DNA from: a virus
Lineage: Duplodnaviria > Caudoviricetes
Virus record (IMG/VR): IMGVR_UViG_3300032255_000179
Span: 1-30,056 of that record
Length of the DNA stretch: 30,056 nucleotides
Strand: one strand, 5' to 3'
Both the position numbers and the translations under genes were made by a program. The notes below the pieces were generated by a model, which saw only the letters and a program-made list of their open reading frames with translations, ran no database searches and had not been told where the DNA came from. Positions 8,596-17,457 of the stretch are shown one piece after another (the first letter of the stretch is position 1; the number at the start of each line of letters is the position of its first letter).

Positions 8596-9108
8596 CTAGG
8601 CTTTCTTAAAGGCCTCGTTTTCACCTGCTGCATCTAACGCCATATTGTATATTTTGGGGCTTAGCTTGAAGCCGGTTGTGATGAGGCGGTCAAGGTAGGG
8701 TTGAACCTTTAGAGTGACGCCTTTCTTTTTTGCGCTTAGCAGCACACCAACCATCCCTACAATGGTGATTTCCATTTTTTTAGCGTGTCCTCGGCCTAAT
8801 TTTTCGTCAATTATCAGTAGGTCTGCATTCATCTGTTTTGCAAGTGCTATCGCCTCAGACTCTCCCGCATCCAGTGTTTTGAGTAGCGTATCGACCAGAG
8901 GTTTGTCTTTAACCGATACCCTTTTTATCCAGGGATAGGTTTGAGCTTCGTATGATCCTGGATTTTTCAGTCCGTGCGATGTCAGTTCAACATAAACCGC
9001 ATCTGGAATGTAAATGGTTGTGTAAAGCTGGTGAAGTATATTTAACGCACCTATTTTAGCCAGGTGCGTAATTGCAGTTGTGTCACTTACAACGATTTGG
9101 TATGCCAT
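8596..9108 (-). CDS. DUF3368 PIN-domain protein (putative toxin, COG2405-like)
   Basis: VVSDTT.I..L, IPDAVY.E, LDAGESEAIALA, LLIIDEK.GR..A, G.VGVLL.AK motifs. Confidence 0.9.
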   Translation of the reverse strand: MAYQIVVSDTTAITHLAKIGALNILHQLYTTIYIPDAVYVELTSHGLKNPGSYEAQTYPWIKRVSVKDKPLVDTLLKTLDAGESEAIALAKQMNADLLIIDEKLGRGHAKKMEITIVGMVGVLLSAKKKGVTLKVQPYLDRLITTGFKLSPKIYNMALDAAGENEAFKKA

Positions 9109-9128
9109 ACGAATCCCTTCACTTGAAT

Positions 9129-9365
9129 TTAGATTTTCTCGATGGTTTGAATGTCGTCCAGAAGGTCACTCTCATCATATTGAACGTATTTTTCGTATTT
9201 TCCAAGCATGTCATGAAACTCAATTTCCGACTGATTGGTTATTTTGCCACCCTGTACACCATTTATTTTTTTCATCTGGTACAGTGTTATGGCAAGTATT
9301 TCTCTTAGTTCACTGGGTGTGGCTGAAACGGTTTCAAATACTTCATCGGGCAGGCTCAATTCCAT
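9129..9365 (-). CDS. UPF0175 family protein (putative antitoxin)
   Basis: 78 aa acidic; LAI.LY....I...QG......S..EF...L.......YDE.DL..D pattern; directly upstream of the DUF3368 gene. Confidence 0.85.
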   Translation of the reverse strand: MELSLPDEVFETVSATPSELREILAITLYQMKKINGVQGGKITNQSEIEFHDMLGKYEKYVQYDESDLLDDIQTIEKI

Positions 9366-9509
9366 TGCTATTCCCTCACTTTAGTTTGTCTGTCATTAGT
9401 GTAGCATAGTGCAAAACAAGCACATAATATGACTGAATGCACTAAATTACGTGCTCTCACCCCTTGGCCAATCTGTATCTCGCCACCTTTGCAGATGGGT
9501 TAAGTCTGG

Positions 9510-9583
9510 GTCTCAAGTCTCACATTTAGTCTCAGTCTCATCGTGATAACACAATGAGACTGAGACTATTTTAAAAATGAGAC
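9510..9583. repeat. GTCTCA/TGAGAC repeat cluster with a 15-bp perfect inverted repeat; candidate packaging (pac/cos) site
   Basis: TAGTCTCAGTCTCAT (9527-9541) and ATGAGACTGAGACTA (9554-9568); GTCTCA at 9510, 9517, 9529, 9535; TGAGAC at 9555, 9561, 9578; immediately upstream of the small terminase. Confidence 0.65.
9538..9555 (+). promoter_or_regulatory. Putative phage late promoter (terminase operon)
   Basis: TCATCGTGA-TAA-CACAAT; one mismatch to the TAATCGTGA-N3-CAYnnT motif. Confidence 0.55.
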
Positions 9584-9589
9584 TACGCC

Positions 9590-10204
9590 ATGGCAGTAGG
9601 CAACGACACGCGCTTAGAAGTGCAGGCCAGAATAGCCAAGCTCCTGGAACAATACGGCAAAGATTACAACTTCACCCTGTTACTGGCTGAGTACCCTGAA
9701 GTTCCCAAGCCCACGTTTTACCGCTGGATTAATAAAATTCACAGCAGCGGTGTGCCCGGACAAAATGCCATACGCAAGGCCCGTAACCGGGTAAAGAAAA
9801 AAACTAAAAAAGAAGATATTAAAACCGTTCACCAGCACGTTGCCGTTCAAGTGGTTGAACACCTGCCCGCAACCCCCACCGTTCAAGAAACCCACGGCAT
9901 GAGTCTGGAGCAGGTCGCGATTGAATTAAACCGCTGTATAGATAATGCCAATAAAGTCGTTGAGTATGCCAAGCGCGAAGATGGCAAGGTACGCAATGCA
10001 AAATTACTGCTCACCGCATCAGAGCACCTAAGGCGCACCATCGAAACCTCCGCCCGTTTAATGGAAATGCTCTGGGACATAAAACGCACAGAACAATTTC
10101 ATCAGGCCATATTCAAACGATTAAAAGAGCGTGATCCTGCATTTGTCGAGTTGATCTTAAGTGATCTTAAACAGCTAAACATCGACTGGGGCATCGATGT
10201 TTAG
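9590..10204 (+). CDS. Putative terminase small subunit
   Basis: N-terminal HTH (VPKPTFYRWI), helical C-terminus; overlaps the start of the large terminase. Call rests mainly on position. Confidence 0.6.
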   Translation: MAVGNDTRLEVQARIAKLLEQYGKDYNFTLLLAEYPEVPKPTFYRWINKIHSSGVPGQNAIRKARNRVKKKTKKEDIKTVHQHVAVQVVEHLPATPTVQETHGMSLEQVAIELNRCIDNANKVVEYAKREDGKVRNAKLLLTASEHLRRTIETSARLMEMLWDIKRTEQFHQAIFKRLKERDPAFVELILSDLKQLNIDWGIDV

Positions 10205-12233
10205 CCGCCAGCGTTCTTTATTTAATCACTCCAGGCAATCACTTGAAAACAAAATAACCGAATTTGAAACTGAGACCGGTTTTAAAATTACTGAGCGGGT
10301 CATACCCGAGGACATGACCTTTCGCCAGTGGTGCGAAAAGTTAGGGACGCAAGGCCTAAAAGTTGATGACCACCCGTTCACACTGGAAAATCGCCAGGCA
10401 CTGCATTTTGTCTATGACCTCATTCCGACCACCCCCGAGCAAGCTTTCAAAAAGCACATCGTCTTAATGAAAGGCGCACAAATGGGCCTGACAATATGGG
10501 AGATGCTGGCTAATATTTACATGGCGATGAAATGGTCGCCCTGCAAAATAGGCATGTATGTACCGGACAGAGGGCTTGCTGGTTACAAAAGTGCTGAACG
10601 GTTTATGCCCGTGGTGCGAACTGTACCCGCAGCCTATGATCTGTTGACGGAACCGGATGCCAATACCGGGCGCAAAAAAGGCGAAGGTAACATTTTAAAC
10701 CGCACCATGGGCGCGAGCCGGTTCTTGTTCCTGTGGACCAGTGGCAAGGTCGCCACCGAGTCATTCCCGCTCGATGTTGTGAGCTTTGATGAAGTACAGG
10801 AAATGCTCATCGCCGACATGGAAAAAACCATGGAACGGATGTCAGCCTCAGTCATTCGTTTTACCCTGATGTTATCCACGGCCAAGTGGCCGGATTCCGA
10901 TATACACTTCTGGTACAAGCTAGGCAAAGGGTATCGCTTCTATACACAATGCGGTTGTGAGGGCGGCGTCATTCTGGATGATCACTTCCCGCACTTTGTG
11001 GTATTCAATGAGGATCAATACATAAGCGCACCAGCCAATGAGTACGTGTATGTGTGCCCAGTCTGTAATACCTATATTCCCGATGCTCAGGTCGGTGACT
11101 GGGTAGCGGATAATCCAGATGCGTGGATTGATTCAGTCCACCTACCGCAAATTCTCAGCCCTACCGTGAGCCCACGTGAGTTGATCGAGTCTTACAATAA
11201 TGCCGAAGATATGCAGAACTTCTATAACCGAAAACTCGGCAAGCCTTATACCGACCCATCTCAAATACCGGTTAACTTAGAAATTCTTAACCAGTGCGCA
11301 AAGCAGGGAATCGCCGCAGGCGTCGTTTGGAAAGCACAAGCCCGAGGCACCTATATGGGCATAGATCAAATGGGCGCGTTCAATGTTGTTATTATTAAAG
11401 AGCGCTTAGATGATGGCCGACAAGCCGTCATTCACGTAGAGGCCATTTATAATGATAACCCCTTTAAACGGTGTGATGAACTCATGCGCGATTATGGCGT
11501 TGCCGTATGCGTCGTTGAAACCCTGCCCAATTACAACGATGCAAAACGCTTTGCAGGTCGGCACAGAGGCCGAGTCTTTTTAGCCGGTTACGCCAATATA
11601 GAAGATAATATGCTGCGCTGGGGCGATGCAAACGTATCTAAAGCCGATAGAAAAACAGACCAGCAAGAACGGGATCGTTACACCGTTACATTAGATCAGT
11701 ACAAATGTATGCAAACCGCCATGGCACGGTTTATTCGAACCCAGTGTTTATTCCCGAATCCCAAAGGGTTAACTCAGGAAGTCATAGATAAAGGCGTAAA
11801 AAAGCGCATTGCCCTATTAAAAACAATGGTGTTTTTGCACTTTACCAAAACCGCATTAGTCGTTGAAAAAGACCCTGAAGAAAAAAAATACAAGCGTAAA
11901 GTCGTTAAAGTCGGCATCGACCCGCATTTCAGCTATGCCAATATGCTGTGTGATGTGGCCTGGGCCAGAGCGCATGGTACATCACAGTTCATCATTCCAC
12001 AGACACAGGAACAAGCAGCTCAGGAAAACCAACAGAAGATCGTGGAAAAAGGGCTCCCAGGCTTGCCCAATCAAGTCGTATCACTGCTTCAGTCGCTACC
12101 CGAAGGTGAAGTGTGCGGGCGTTGTGCAAGCTATGACCGCGAAAAAGGCGACTGGTGTAATGAGCGGGGGTTTGTGGTGCGCGCAAGAGATCCGGGGTGT
12201 TTGGTTTATATGGCTGATCCTTATTTGAGTTAA
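10197..12233 (+). CDS. Terminase large subunit, GpA family
   Basis: KGAQMGLT Walker A variant, VVSFDEV Walker B, STAK, FYN.KLG.PY, GIDQ nuclease motif, Cys-rich C-terminus. Confidence 0.88.
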   Translation: MFSRQRSLFNHSRQSLENKITEFETETGFKITERVIPEDMTFRQWCEKLGTQGLKVDDHPFTLENRQALHFVYDLIPTTPEQAFKKHIVLMKGAQMGLTIWEMLANIYMAMKWSPCKIGMYVPDRGLAGYKSAERFMPVVRTVPAAYDLLTEPDANTGRKKGEGNILNRTMGASRFLFLWTSGKVATESFPLDVVSFDEVQEMLIADMEKTMERMSASVIRFTLMLSTAKWPDSDIHFWYKLGKGYRFYTQCGCEGGVILDDHFPHFVVFNEDQYISAPANEYVYVCPVCNTYIPDAQVGDWVADNPDAWIDSVHLPQILSPTVSPRELIESYNNAEDMQNFYNRKLGKPYTDPSQIPVNLEILNQCAKQGIAAGVVWKAQARGTYMGIDQMGAFNVVIIKERLDDGRQAVIHVEAIYNDNPFKRCDELMRDYGVAVCVVETLPNYNDAKRFAGRHRGRVFLAGYANIEDNMLRWGDANVSKADRKTDQQERDRYTVTLDQYKCMQTAMARFIRTQCLFPNPKGLTQEVIDKGVKKRIALLKTMVFLHFTKTALVVEKDPEEKKYKRKVVKVGIDPHFSYANMLCDVAWARAHGTSQFIIPQTQEQAAQENQQKIVEKGLPGLPNQVVSLLQSLPEGEVCGRCASYDREKGDWCNERGFVVRARDPGCLVYMADPYLS

Positions 12234-12575
12234 TTGACTGTGGGTTTAATGCTGAGATTAAAGAAATAATCAGAAGTATGGTATTTACGCAAGGTATTGA
12301 TAAATAAAGCATAAATGGCACTTCCACAATATGTTAACTTTTCTCGTTAGAATTCTTTTTTAGAGTTTTTTTCTTGTTTAGGTCAAACTGTCCTTTGGTC
12401 TCTCTTTCTTTATTTATTGCTCTTCCTATTGTATTTTTCCAATCTCTTTCTATCTTGAGATTGTCTGGTTTAGGGCCTATTTTTTCTTTTTCATGATTTT
12501 TCCCTAGTTAGAAAGATAGGGCTTGCATCTCTATCTGATAGGGATATAATAAAGCCAGTTAGAGAGGATTTGTCT

Positions 12576-13094
12576 ATGTCATCACAATTTGAAAACTTTG
12601 CTGGAATCTTCCGTTTGGCATTAGACGGCAAGAAAGAAGAAGCTATTAATGCAGTAATGGCTGAAAGAGCTAGGTTAGTTGCCTTTAAAGCTGAGCTTAC
12701 TGACAAGCTTGCAAATGCAGATAAAGATTTAGCAATGTTAAATACTATATTGCCTCCTGCTGCTTTGGAGAGTGTGGTTCCAGCACCTTCGCCAAAAGGT
12801 ATTGTCAATTCTGTTGCATCAGCACGAGACTCTATTGATATGGTTGAACAGCGCATATCAGATGCAAAAATCAAAGAAGAACGTGACTTAGCCATTATTG
12901 ATGCAGCGAAAGAACTTGGCGGAATGTATGCACAATTTACTACTGTAAGCATAGCCAATGAACTTAAGAATAAAGGAATCGAAACTGGTGTTCCTGAGAA
13001 TAGAATAAGTACAGTTATTAGTCGCCTTCTTCTTCGTCACGAACAGGAGTTTGAGAAGGTCGAAACAGGTATGTATAAGCTTAAAAATGCTTAA
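12576..13094 (+). CDS. Hypothetical moron protein: coiled coil plus C-terminal wHTH-like domain
   Basis: ATG 12576 after GAGG; IANEL..KG......ISTVISRLL....FEKVETGMYKL resembles a winged helix; AT-rich upstream region and its own terminator. Confidence 0.6.
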   Translation: MSSQFENFAGIFRLALDGKKEEAINAVMAERARLVAFKAELTDKLANADKDLAMLNTILPPAALESVVPAPSPKGIVNSVASARDSIDMVEQRISDAKIKEERDLAIIDAAKELGGMYAQFTTVSIANELKNKGIETGVPENRISTVISRLLLRHEQEFEKVETGMYKLKNA

Positions 13095-13109
13095 TATACA
13101 GAATAAGGT

Positions 13110-13146
13110 GGACTCCCTACGCATTCCAGTGCGTGGGAGTCCTTTT
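13110..13146 (+). terminator. Rho-independent terminator-like hairpin
   Basis: GGACTCCC-T-ACGCA-TTCCAG-TGCGT-GGGAGTCC followed by TTTT. Confidence 0.65.
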
Positions 13147-13187
13147 ATCAACCAGTGTCTATCAGGCACATAACTTAGGAGACCAGA

Positions 13188-13262
13188 ATGCGTTTGGAAA
13201 ACGAGACTGGGGCAGCCATCATTAGTTTGACGGTCGATGAACCCGCAGCACTTATACCTTGA
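13188..13262 (+). CDS. Possible 24-aa peptide MRLENETGAAIISLTVDEPAALIP
   Basis: RBS TTAGGAG 6 nt before the ATG; lies between the hairpin and the tRNA. Confidence 0.3.
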   Translation: MRLENETGAAIISLTVDEPAALIP

Positions 13263-13288
13263 GTTTAAGTGCTGCGGAAAACTTTTTT

Positions 13289-13388
13289 GCAGGAATGGCG
13301 GAAACGGTAGACGCGATAACTTTGGAAGTTATTGAACACTAAACCTTTTCGAGAGGGGTTCGTGCGAGTTCGAATCTCGTCTCCTGCA
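13289..13388 (+). tRNA. Atypical class II tRNA: Leu-like body, anticodon TGG (Pro), 31-nt variable region, no encoded CCA
   Basis: Acceptor GCAGGAA/CTCCTGC+A73 (A7-C66 mismatch); D arm GCGGAAACGGTAGACGC; anticodon arm ATAAC-TTTGGAA-GTTAT; T arm GCGAG-TTCGAAT-CTCGT. Confidence 0.85.
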
Positions 13389-13585
13389 ATCTAAGTATAT
13401 ACAAAATGTTTTTAATTTGCACGTTTTGGCTCTAAGTATTGAAGTCTCTTACCTGCTGGCTTCTGTATTACAATAGATAGACGCTCTCTATCTATCATTT
13501 TTCTAGTATTGTATTTATACTCAAACTCATCAATGCCTCACACTACAGAATACTTAAAAAAAAATATAACCTTTATATTATTGGT

Positions 13586-13744
13586 ATGGCGATTGTATTT
13601 GTGTTTTTAGCCGCTTATGTCGCCAATACAACGTTTGTTTTGTTTGCCCTGTTTATGATTGGCTTCAGTATTTACAGTTTTAGAGAAGGTGTTTGCTTAT
13701 ATAATAAAGTTGAGGAAACAATAAAAAATAATTTAAATAGCTAA
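13586..13744 (+). CDS. Short hydrophobic ORF, possibly a fragment of a membrane-protein gene
   Basis: 52 aa MAIVFVFLAAYVANTTFVLFALFMIGFSIYS...; frame stays open upstream to 13481 without a clear start; AT-rich. Confidence 0.3.
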   Translation: MAIVFVFLAAYVANTTFVLFALFMIGFSIYSFREGVCLYNKVEETIKNNLNS

Positions 13745-13770
13745 CGGGCGTTGTGTTGATTGACAGCTGG

Positions 13771-14061
13771 TTACAACTTAATCACCGTTTTCATTGCAGC
13801 TAATAATTCCGCTTTGTATGGCCCCGTAATCTCAACGGGTATATTTTTAAGAAACAACCGATTAGCACAAATAAATAGATATTGCGGAATAGCACAATGG
13901 TGCTTGAACTGAACCCGTAACCAGTGCGTATAATCATCTACTGGTTGCGGCGGAGCTGCCCATGACACCGCCCCAGGGGTTGTATCAATCGTTGAAAAGT
14001 TAACACTTGCACCATATTGAATAGGTGGCCTGAGTTTGAGTAATTCATCATCGCTTTGCAT
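13771..14061 (-). CDS. Hypothetical protein, probably late-expressed and leaderless
   Basis: 96 aa; preceded at exact spacing by the TAATCGTGA-N3-CACGCT-N6-ATG motif. Confidence 0.65.
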   Translation of the reverse strand: MQSDDELLKLRPPIQYGASVNFSTIDTTPGAVSWAAPPQPVDDYTHWLRVQFKHHCAIPQYLFICANRLFLKNIPVEITGPYKAELLAAMKTVIKL

Positions 14062-14067
14062 TATATA

Positions 14068-14085
14068 AGCGTGATGTCACGATTA
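14068..14085 (-). promoter_or_regulatory. Putative phage late promoter (leftward)
   Basis: Minus strand TAATCGTGA-CAT-CACGCT-TATATA-ATG(14061). Confidence 0.7.
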
Positions 14086-14099
14086 ATCTTATACATCCG

Positions 14100-14117
14100 T
14101 AATCGTGATGACATGCT
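14100..14117 (+). promoter_or_regulatory. Putative phage late promoter (portal)
   Basis: TAATCGTGA-TGA-CATGCT-TGTCTC-ATG(14124). Confidence 0.7.
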
Positions 14118-14123
14118 TGTCTC

Positions 14124-15875
14124 ATGCCAGACAACAGACGAGACAAACCCGACCAAATCGCATTTAACTTTGCCGCACCTTCTCAGGAGCGTTATGACGC
14201 GAATGCAGAGCTCTCCCAAACCTATCAACCCCTCGCCTCAGAGCTACTACCCACCGAAGAGCTAAAACCGGTGATAGAACACATCATGAATGACCTGGCC
14301 GAACAGGACATGATGCAAAAAGCACAGGGTAAAATCATCGTGCCATTTCCCCAAAAGCAACAAACAAAGCGGGGGATGCAATCGGTTTATCTGGATGAAC
14401 TGCAGGTCTTTGCCGCAGGGGATTATTTTGATAAACCCAGCCCACTGGGATTTGATTCATTGCGCCAGATGGTGGATCAAACCCCCATCTTAAATGCGGT
14501 GATCTTAACGCGCATACGCCAGATTAATCGGTTTTGTCGGCCACAGGAAAATGAAGACTCACCGGGTTTTGTCATTCGACACATTGATTCAGATCATCAA
14601 TTACAAAGCAGTGAAGAGCAATCCATAAAGTTACTGCATCGTTTTGTGAATAACTGTGGTTGGGAGTTTAACCCGCGCCAACGCCAGCGACTAAAACGCA
14701 ATAACTTCACCGGGTTTATGGCTAAAGTGGTGCGCGATTCTTTAACCATGGATTCAGCCGCTATTGAAACCGAGTTTAAGCGGGACAAATCAAAAGGCAT
14801 TGATGGATTTTATGCGGTCGATGGCGCAACGATACGCCTATGTACCGAGGAAGGTTATCAGGGTGATGATGAAATATTCGCCCTGCAGGTCGTGCAAGGA
14901 TTAGTGCGCACCGCGTACAGCTACGAGGATTTAATCTATGTACCTAGAAACCCCAGAACCGATGTCAGATTAGCCGGTTACGGCCTGGGTGAAACCGAAC
15001 TTTTAATTCGTGTTGTCACCGGCTTTTTAAACGCCATGACCTACAACATCAAAGGCTTTGATGATAACGCCATTCCGAAAGGGATGCTGCATTTATCAGG
15101 GGATTATGACACCAATGACCTAACCGCATTTAAACGGTATTGGAATGCTATGGTAAAAGGCATTAACAATGCCTGGACCGTGCCGGTCATGGTCTCCAAA
15201 GATCAGGAAAGCAAAGCCAGCTTTGAGCGTTTCGGCATTGAATTTAATGAAATGTATTTTTCAAAATGGATGACGTTTCTCACCTCCATTATCTGTGCCG
15301 TCTATGGCATGTCACCGGATGAAATTAACTTTGAAAGTTTTGCCTCCTCTCAGTCATCATTATCCGGGAGCGATACCGCCGAAAAATTAGCCGACTCAAA
15401 AGATAAAGGCTTGCGCCCATTAATGTCCTATCTGGAATCCATCATGACGGATTACATCATTACGGACTTTTCAGACAAGTATGTTTTTCGTTGGGCAGGG
15501 CTAGACCCAGAAGATCAGGAAAAGCGCCATGAAATGCGCAAGTTGATATTAACTGTCAACGAAGCACGGGCGCAGGAAGGCCATGAAGCCATGGAGGGGC
15601 CACTCGGGGATGCGCCCTTGAACCCATCCCTAATGGGTGCCTGGATGCAACAACAGCAACAGGCGCAGGAAGACTATGGCCAGGAGGCAGAAGATCAAGG
15701 TGAACCAGAAGGCGGCGAGGTAGAAGAGCAAGACCAGTCCGAAGGTGAAGCACTTAATCAAAAGGATGAGCGCGAAAACAATAATAATGAAACTCAGGAT
15801 TTTGGGGGGGATGATCGTCAGGGTGACTTTGGTAAGGCGTTTAGCGTACCCACGATTTATACCATCGGTGATTAG
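14124..15875 (+). CDS. Phage portal protein
   Basis: VDG.TIR, YVPRNPRTD..LAGYGL.E.E, P.G.L, IICAVYGMSPDEI, KGLRPLM, LTVNEARA..G..., acidic tail; downstream of terminase. Confidence 0.88.
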   Translation: MPDNRRDKPDQIAFNFAAPSQERYDANAELSQTYQPLASELLPTEELKPVIEHIMNDLAEQDMMQKAQGKIIVPFPQKQQTKRGMQSVYLDELQVFAAGDYFDKPSPLGFDSLRQMVDQTPILNAVILTRIRQINRFCRPQENEDSPGFVIRHIDSDHQLQSSEEQSIKLLHRFVNNCGWEFNPRQRQRLKRNNFTGFMAKVVRDSLTMDSAAIETEFKRDKSKGIDGFYAVDGATIRLCTEEGYQGDDEIFALQVVQGLVRTAYSYEDLIYVPRNPRTDVRLAGYGLGETELLIRVVTGFLNAMTYNIKGFDDNAIPKGMLHLSGDYDTNDLTAFKRYWNAMVKGINNAWTVPVMVSKDQESKASFERFGIEFNEMYFSKWMTFLTSIICAVYGMSPDEINFESFASSQSSLSGSDTAEKLADSKDKGLRPLMSYLESIMTDYIITDFSDKYVFRWAGLDPEDQEKRHEMRKLILTVNEARAQEGHEAMEGPLGDAPLNPSLMGAWMQQQQQAQEDYGQEAEDQGEPEGGEVEEQDQSEGEALNQKDERENNNNETQDFGGDDRQGDFGKAFSVPTIYTIGD

Positions 15876-15879
15876 CAAA

Positions 15880-17457
15880 ATGATTGTTAAAGGGGATCAT
15901 GTTTATTTTCAAACCCCAAAAGGTCCCCGCAGTGGGGAAGTAAAAGCCGTGGGTAAACATGGGGCGAAGGTTTTATGTGATGGAAAACATCATAAAGTTA
16001 AACATGCTCATGTACTGGGTATGAAACAAAAAATTGAGCGAAAGTTTACAGTAATTGATCAGGGTGGCGATGGTGCGCTGGTAGAAGACAGTGAAGGGAA
16101 GCAACTTTATATCCATGATTCACAAGGGCATTTAAAGCAGGCATTGGCCGGTGATTTAACAAACGAAAAAAAGCCAGAAAAACTGTCTAAGTCATTTAAT
16201 GTTGAAAACAAAGCAATCTTATTTTTAAAAGCCGGACCACTTAAAAACAGAGCCGGATTAAGTCTGCAGGAAGTCACTGATAATCAGGGGCATATTACCC
16301 ACAAATGGAAACATACCAGTGGACCGGTCAAAGCGGAACGTGAAAAAAGGGGAAGTGAAAAAGGTTATGGTACCCATCACATGGAAGCCGGGGATGTCAT
16401 TGATTTTGCCGTGGGGCAGGTAAAAGGCCGTGGTAAAATTATGGCGGCCGGTAAAGACGGTGCAACCGTTAAGGACGCACAAGGCCATGAGCATAAAGTC
16501 CTATGGTCAGAAGTCACAGGCCACCAACCGGCAAAGCATAAAAAGATTGATCGAGATTCCCCAGAAAAAGCGTCGCCAAAATCATCGCCAAAAGCGTCCC
16601 AGAAAGCGATCCATCGTGATGTGTTTGAGGCAAGTGAGTATTTTGAACAACACAATGATGAATCCGTCACGCCTGAAGAAATATTAGCGGATTTTCCAGC
16701 GGATACAGCAGAGAAAATTAACCAGGCCAAAGAGCGGTTATCGTCCATAGAACAAACAATCGACAAGTACAAAAAAGATGGCTTATATGATGCCGATCGA
16801 AAACGCTTGCATAATGAAATAGCAAACAAGATTTTATCAAAAAAGGCGGTGCAAGCGGCGATGCCTCAAAACGGTGAAAAACCCACATTTACCCTCTTAG
16901 GGGGGCGAGGGGGTTCCGGTAAGAGCTGGTTCAAAGGTAAGGTATATCATCCAGAAAAGGCCATTGTTCTGGATGCCGATGAAATTAAGGGTATGCTACC
17001 CGAATACGAGGGGTGGAATGCCTTTCAGGTCCATGAAGAATCCAGTGATTTGTTCGATGAAATAACCGAACGGGCAACACAACTGGGGCTAAATATAGTG
17101 CATGACGCCACTATGAAAACAGAGAAAAAAGCCGTTGCGTTGGTAACGCAATTTAAAGCCAATAACTATCAGGTAGAAGCAAACTATATGCATTTACCTC
17201 GACAGGAGGCGGCAAAGCGAGCGGTATCTCGGTTTTTAGGAAAAAGTGGACGTTACGTGCCCGTCGAAGTCGTGTTATCAAATACGCACAATGAGCAGAG
17301 TTTTGACGGGGTTAGAAAGCTGGCGGATAAATGGCGTTTTTATGACAATAATGTATCTAAAGGGGATCAACCTATATTGATCTCAGCATCCGAAAATTCC
17401 CTGAAAAAATCACTTACCTCTGTTATAATTTTTAAGCGCAAGGGAGTTCAGTTATGA
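15880..17457 (+). CDS. Multidomain protein: KOW/SH3-like repeats plus zeta-toxin-family P-loop kinase
   Basis: LGGRGGSGKS, VLDADEIK..LPEY, VHEESS, NIVHDATM, GRYVP, YDN; two GD.V.F....G...G.V.A.GK.GA.V repeats; ATG 15880 preferred because 15745 overlaps the portal. Confidence 0.8.
   Translation: MIVKGDHVYFQTPKGPRSGEVKAVGKHGAKVLCDGKHHKVKHAHVLGMKQKIERKFTVIDQGGDGALVEDSEGKQLYIHDSQGHLKQALAGDLTNEKKPEKLSKSFNVENKAILFLKAGPLKNRAGLSLQEVTDNQGHITHKWKHTSGPVKAEREKRGSEKGYGTHHMEAGDVIDFAVGQVKGRGKIMAAGKDGATVKDAQGHEHKVLWSEVTGHQPAKHKKIDRDSPEKASPKSSPKASQKAIHRDVFEASEYFEQHNDESVTPEEILADFPADTAEKINQAKERLSSIEQTIDKYKKDGLYDADRKRLHNEIANKILSKKAVQAAMPQNGEKPTFTLLGGRGGSGKSWFKGKVYHPEKAIVLDADEIKGMLPEYEGWNAFQVHEESSDLFDEITERATQLGLNIVHDATMKTEKKAVALVTQFKANNYQVEANYMHLPRQEAAKRAVSRFLGKSGRYVPVEVVLSNTHNEQSFDGVRKLADKWRFYDNNVSKGDQPILISASENSLKKSLTSVIIFKRKGVQL

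Noticed and set aside
12440-12463. Hairpin CAATCTC-N10-GAGATTG
   Set aside because: Only 7-bp arms in AT-rich DNA and not repeated elsewhere
14056-14265. 69-aa plus-strand ORF
   Set aside because: Spans the divergent promoters and overlaps the portal in another frame
15745-15879. N-terminal 45 codons of the 570-aa ORF call
   Set aside because: Overlap the portal C-terminus; ATG 15880 just after the portal stop is more plausible
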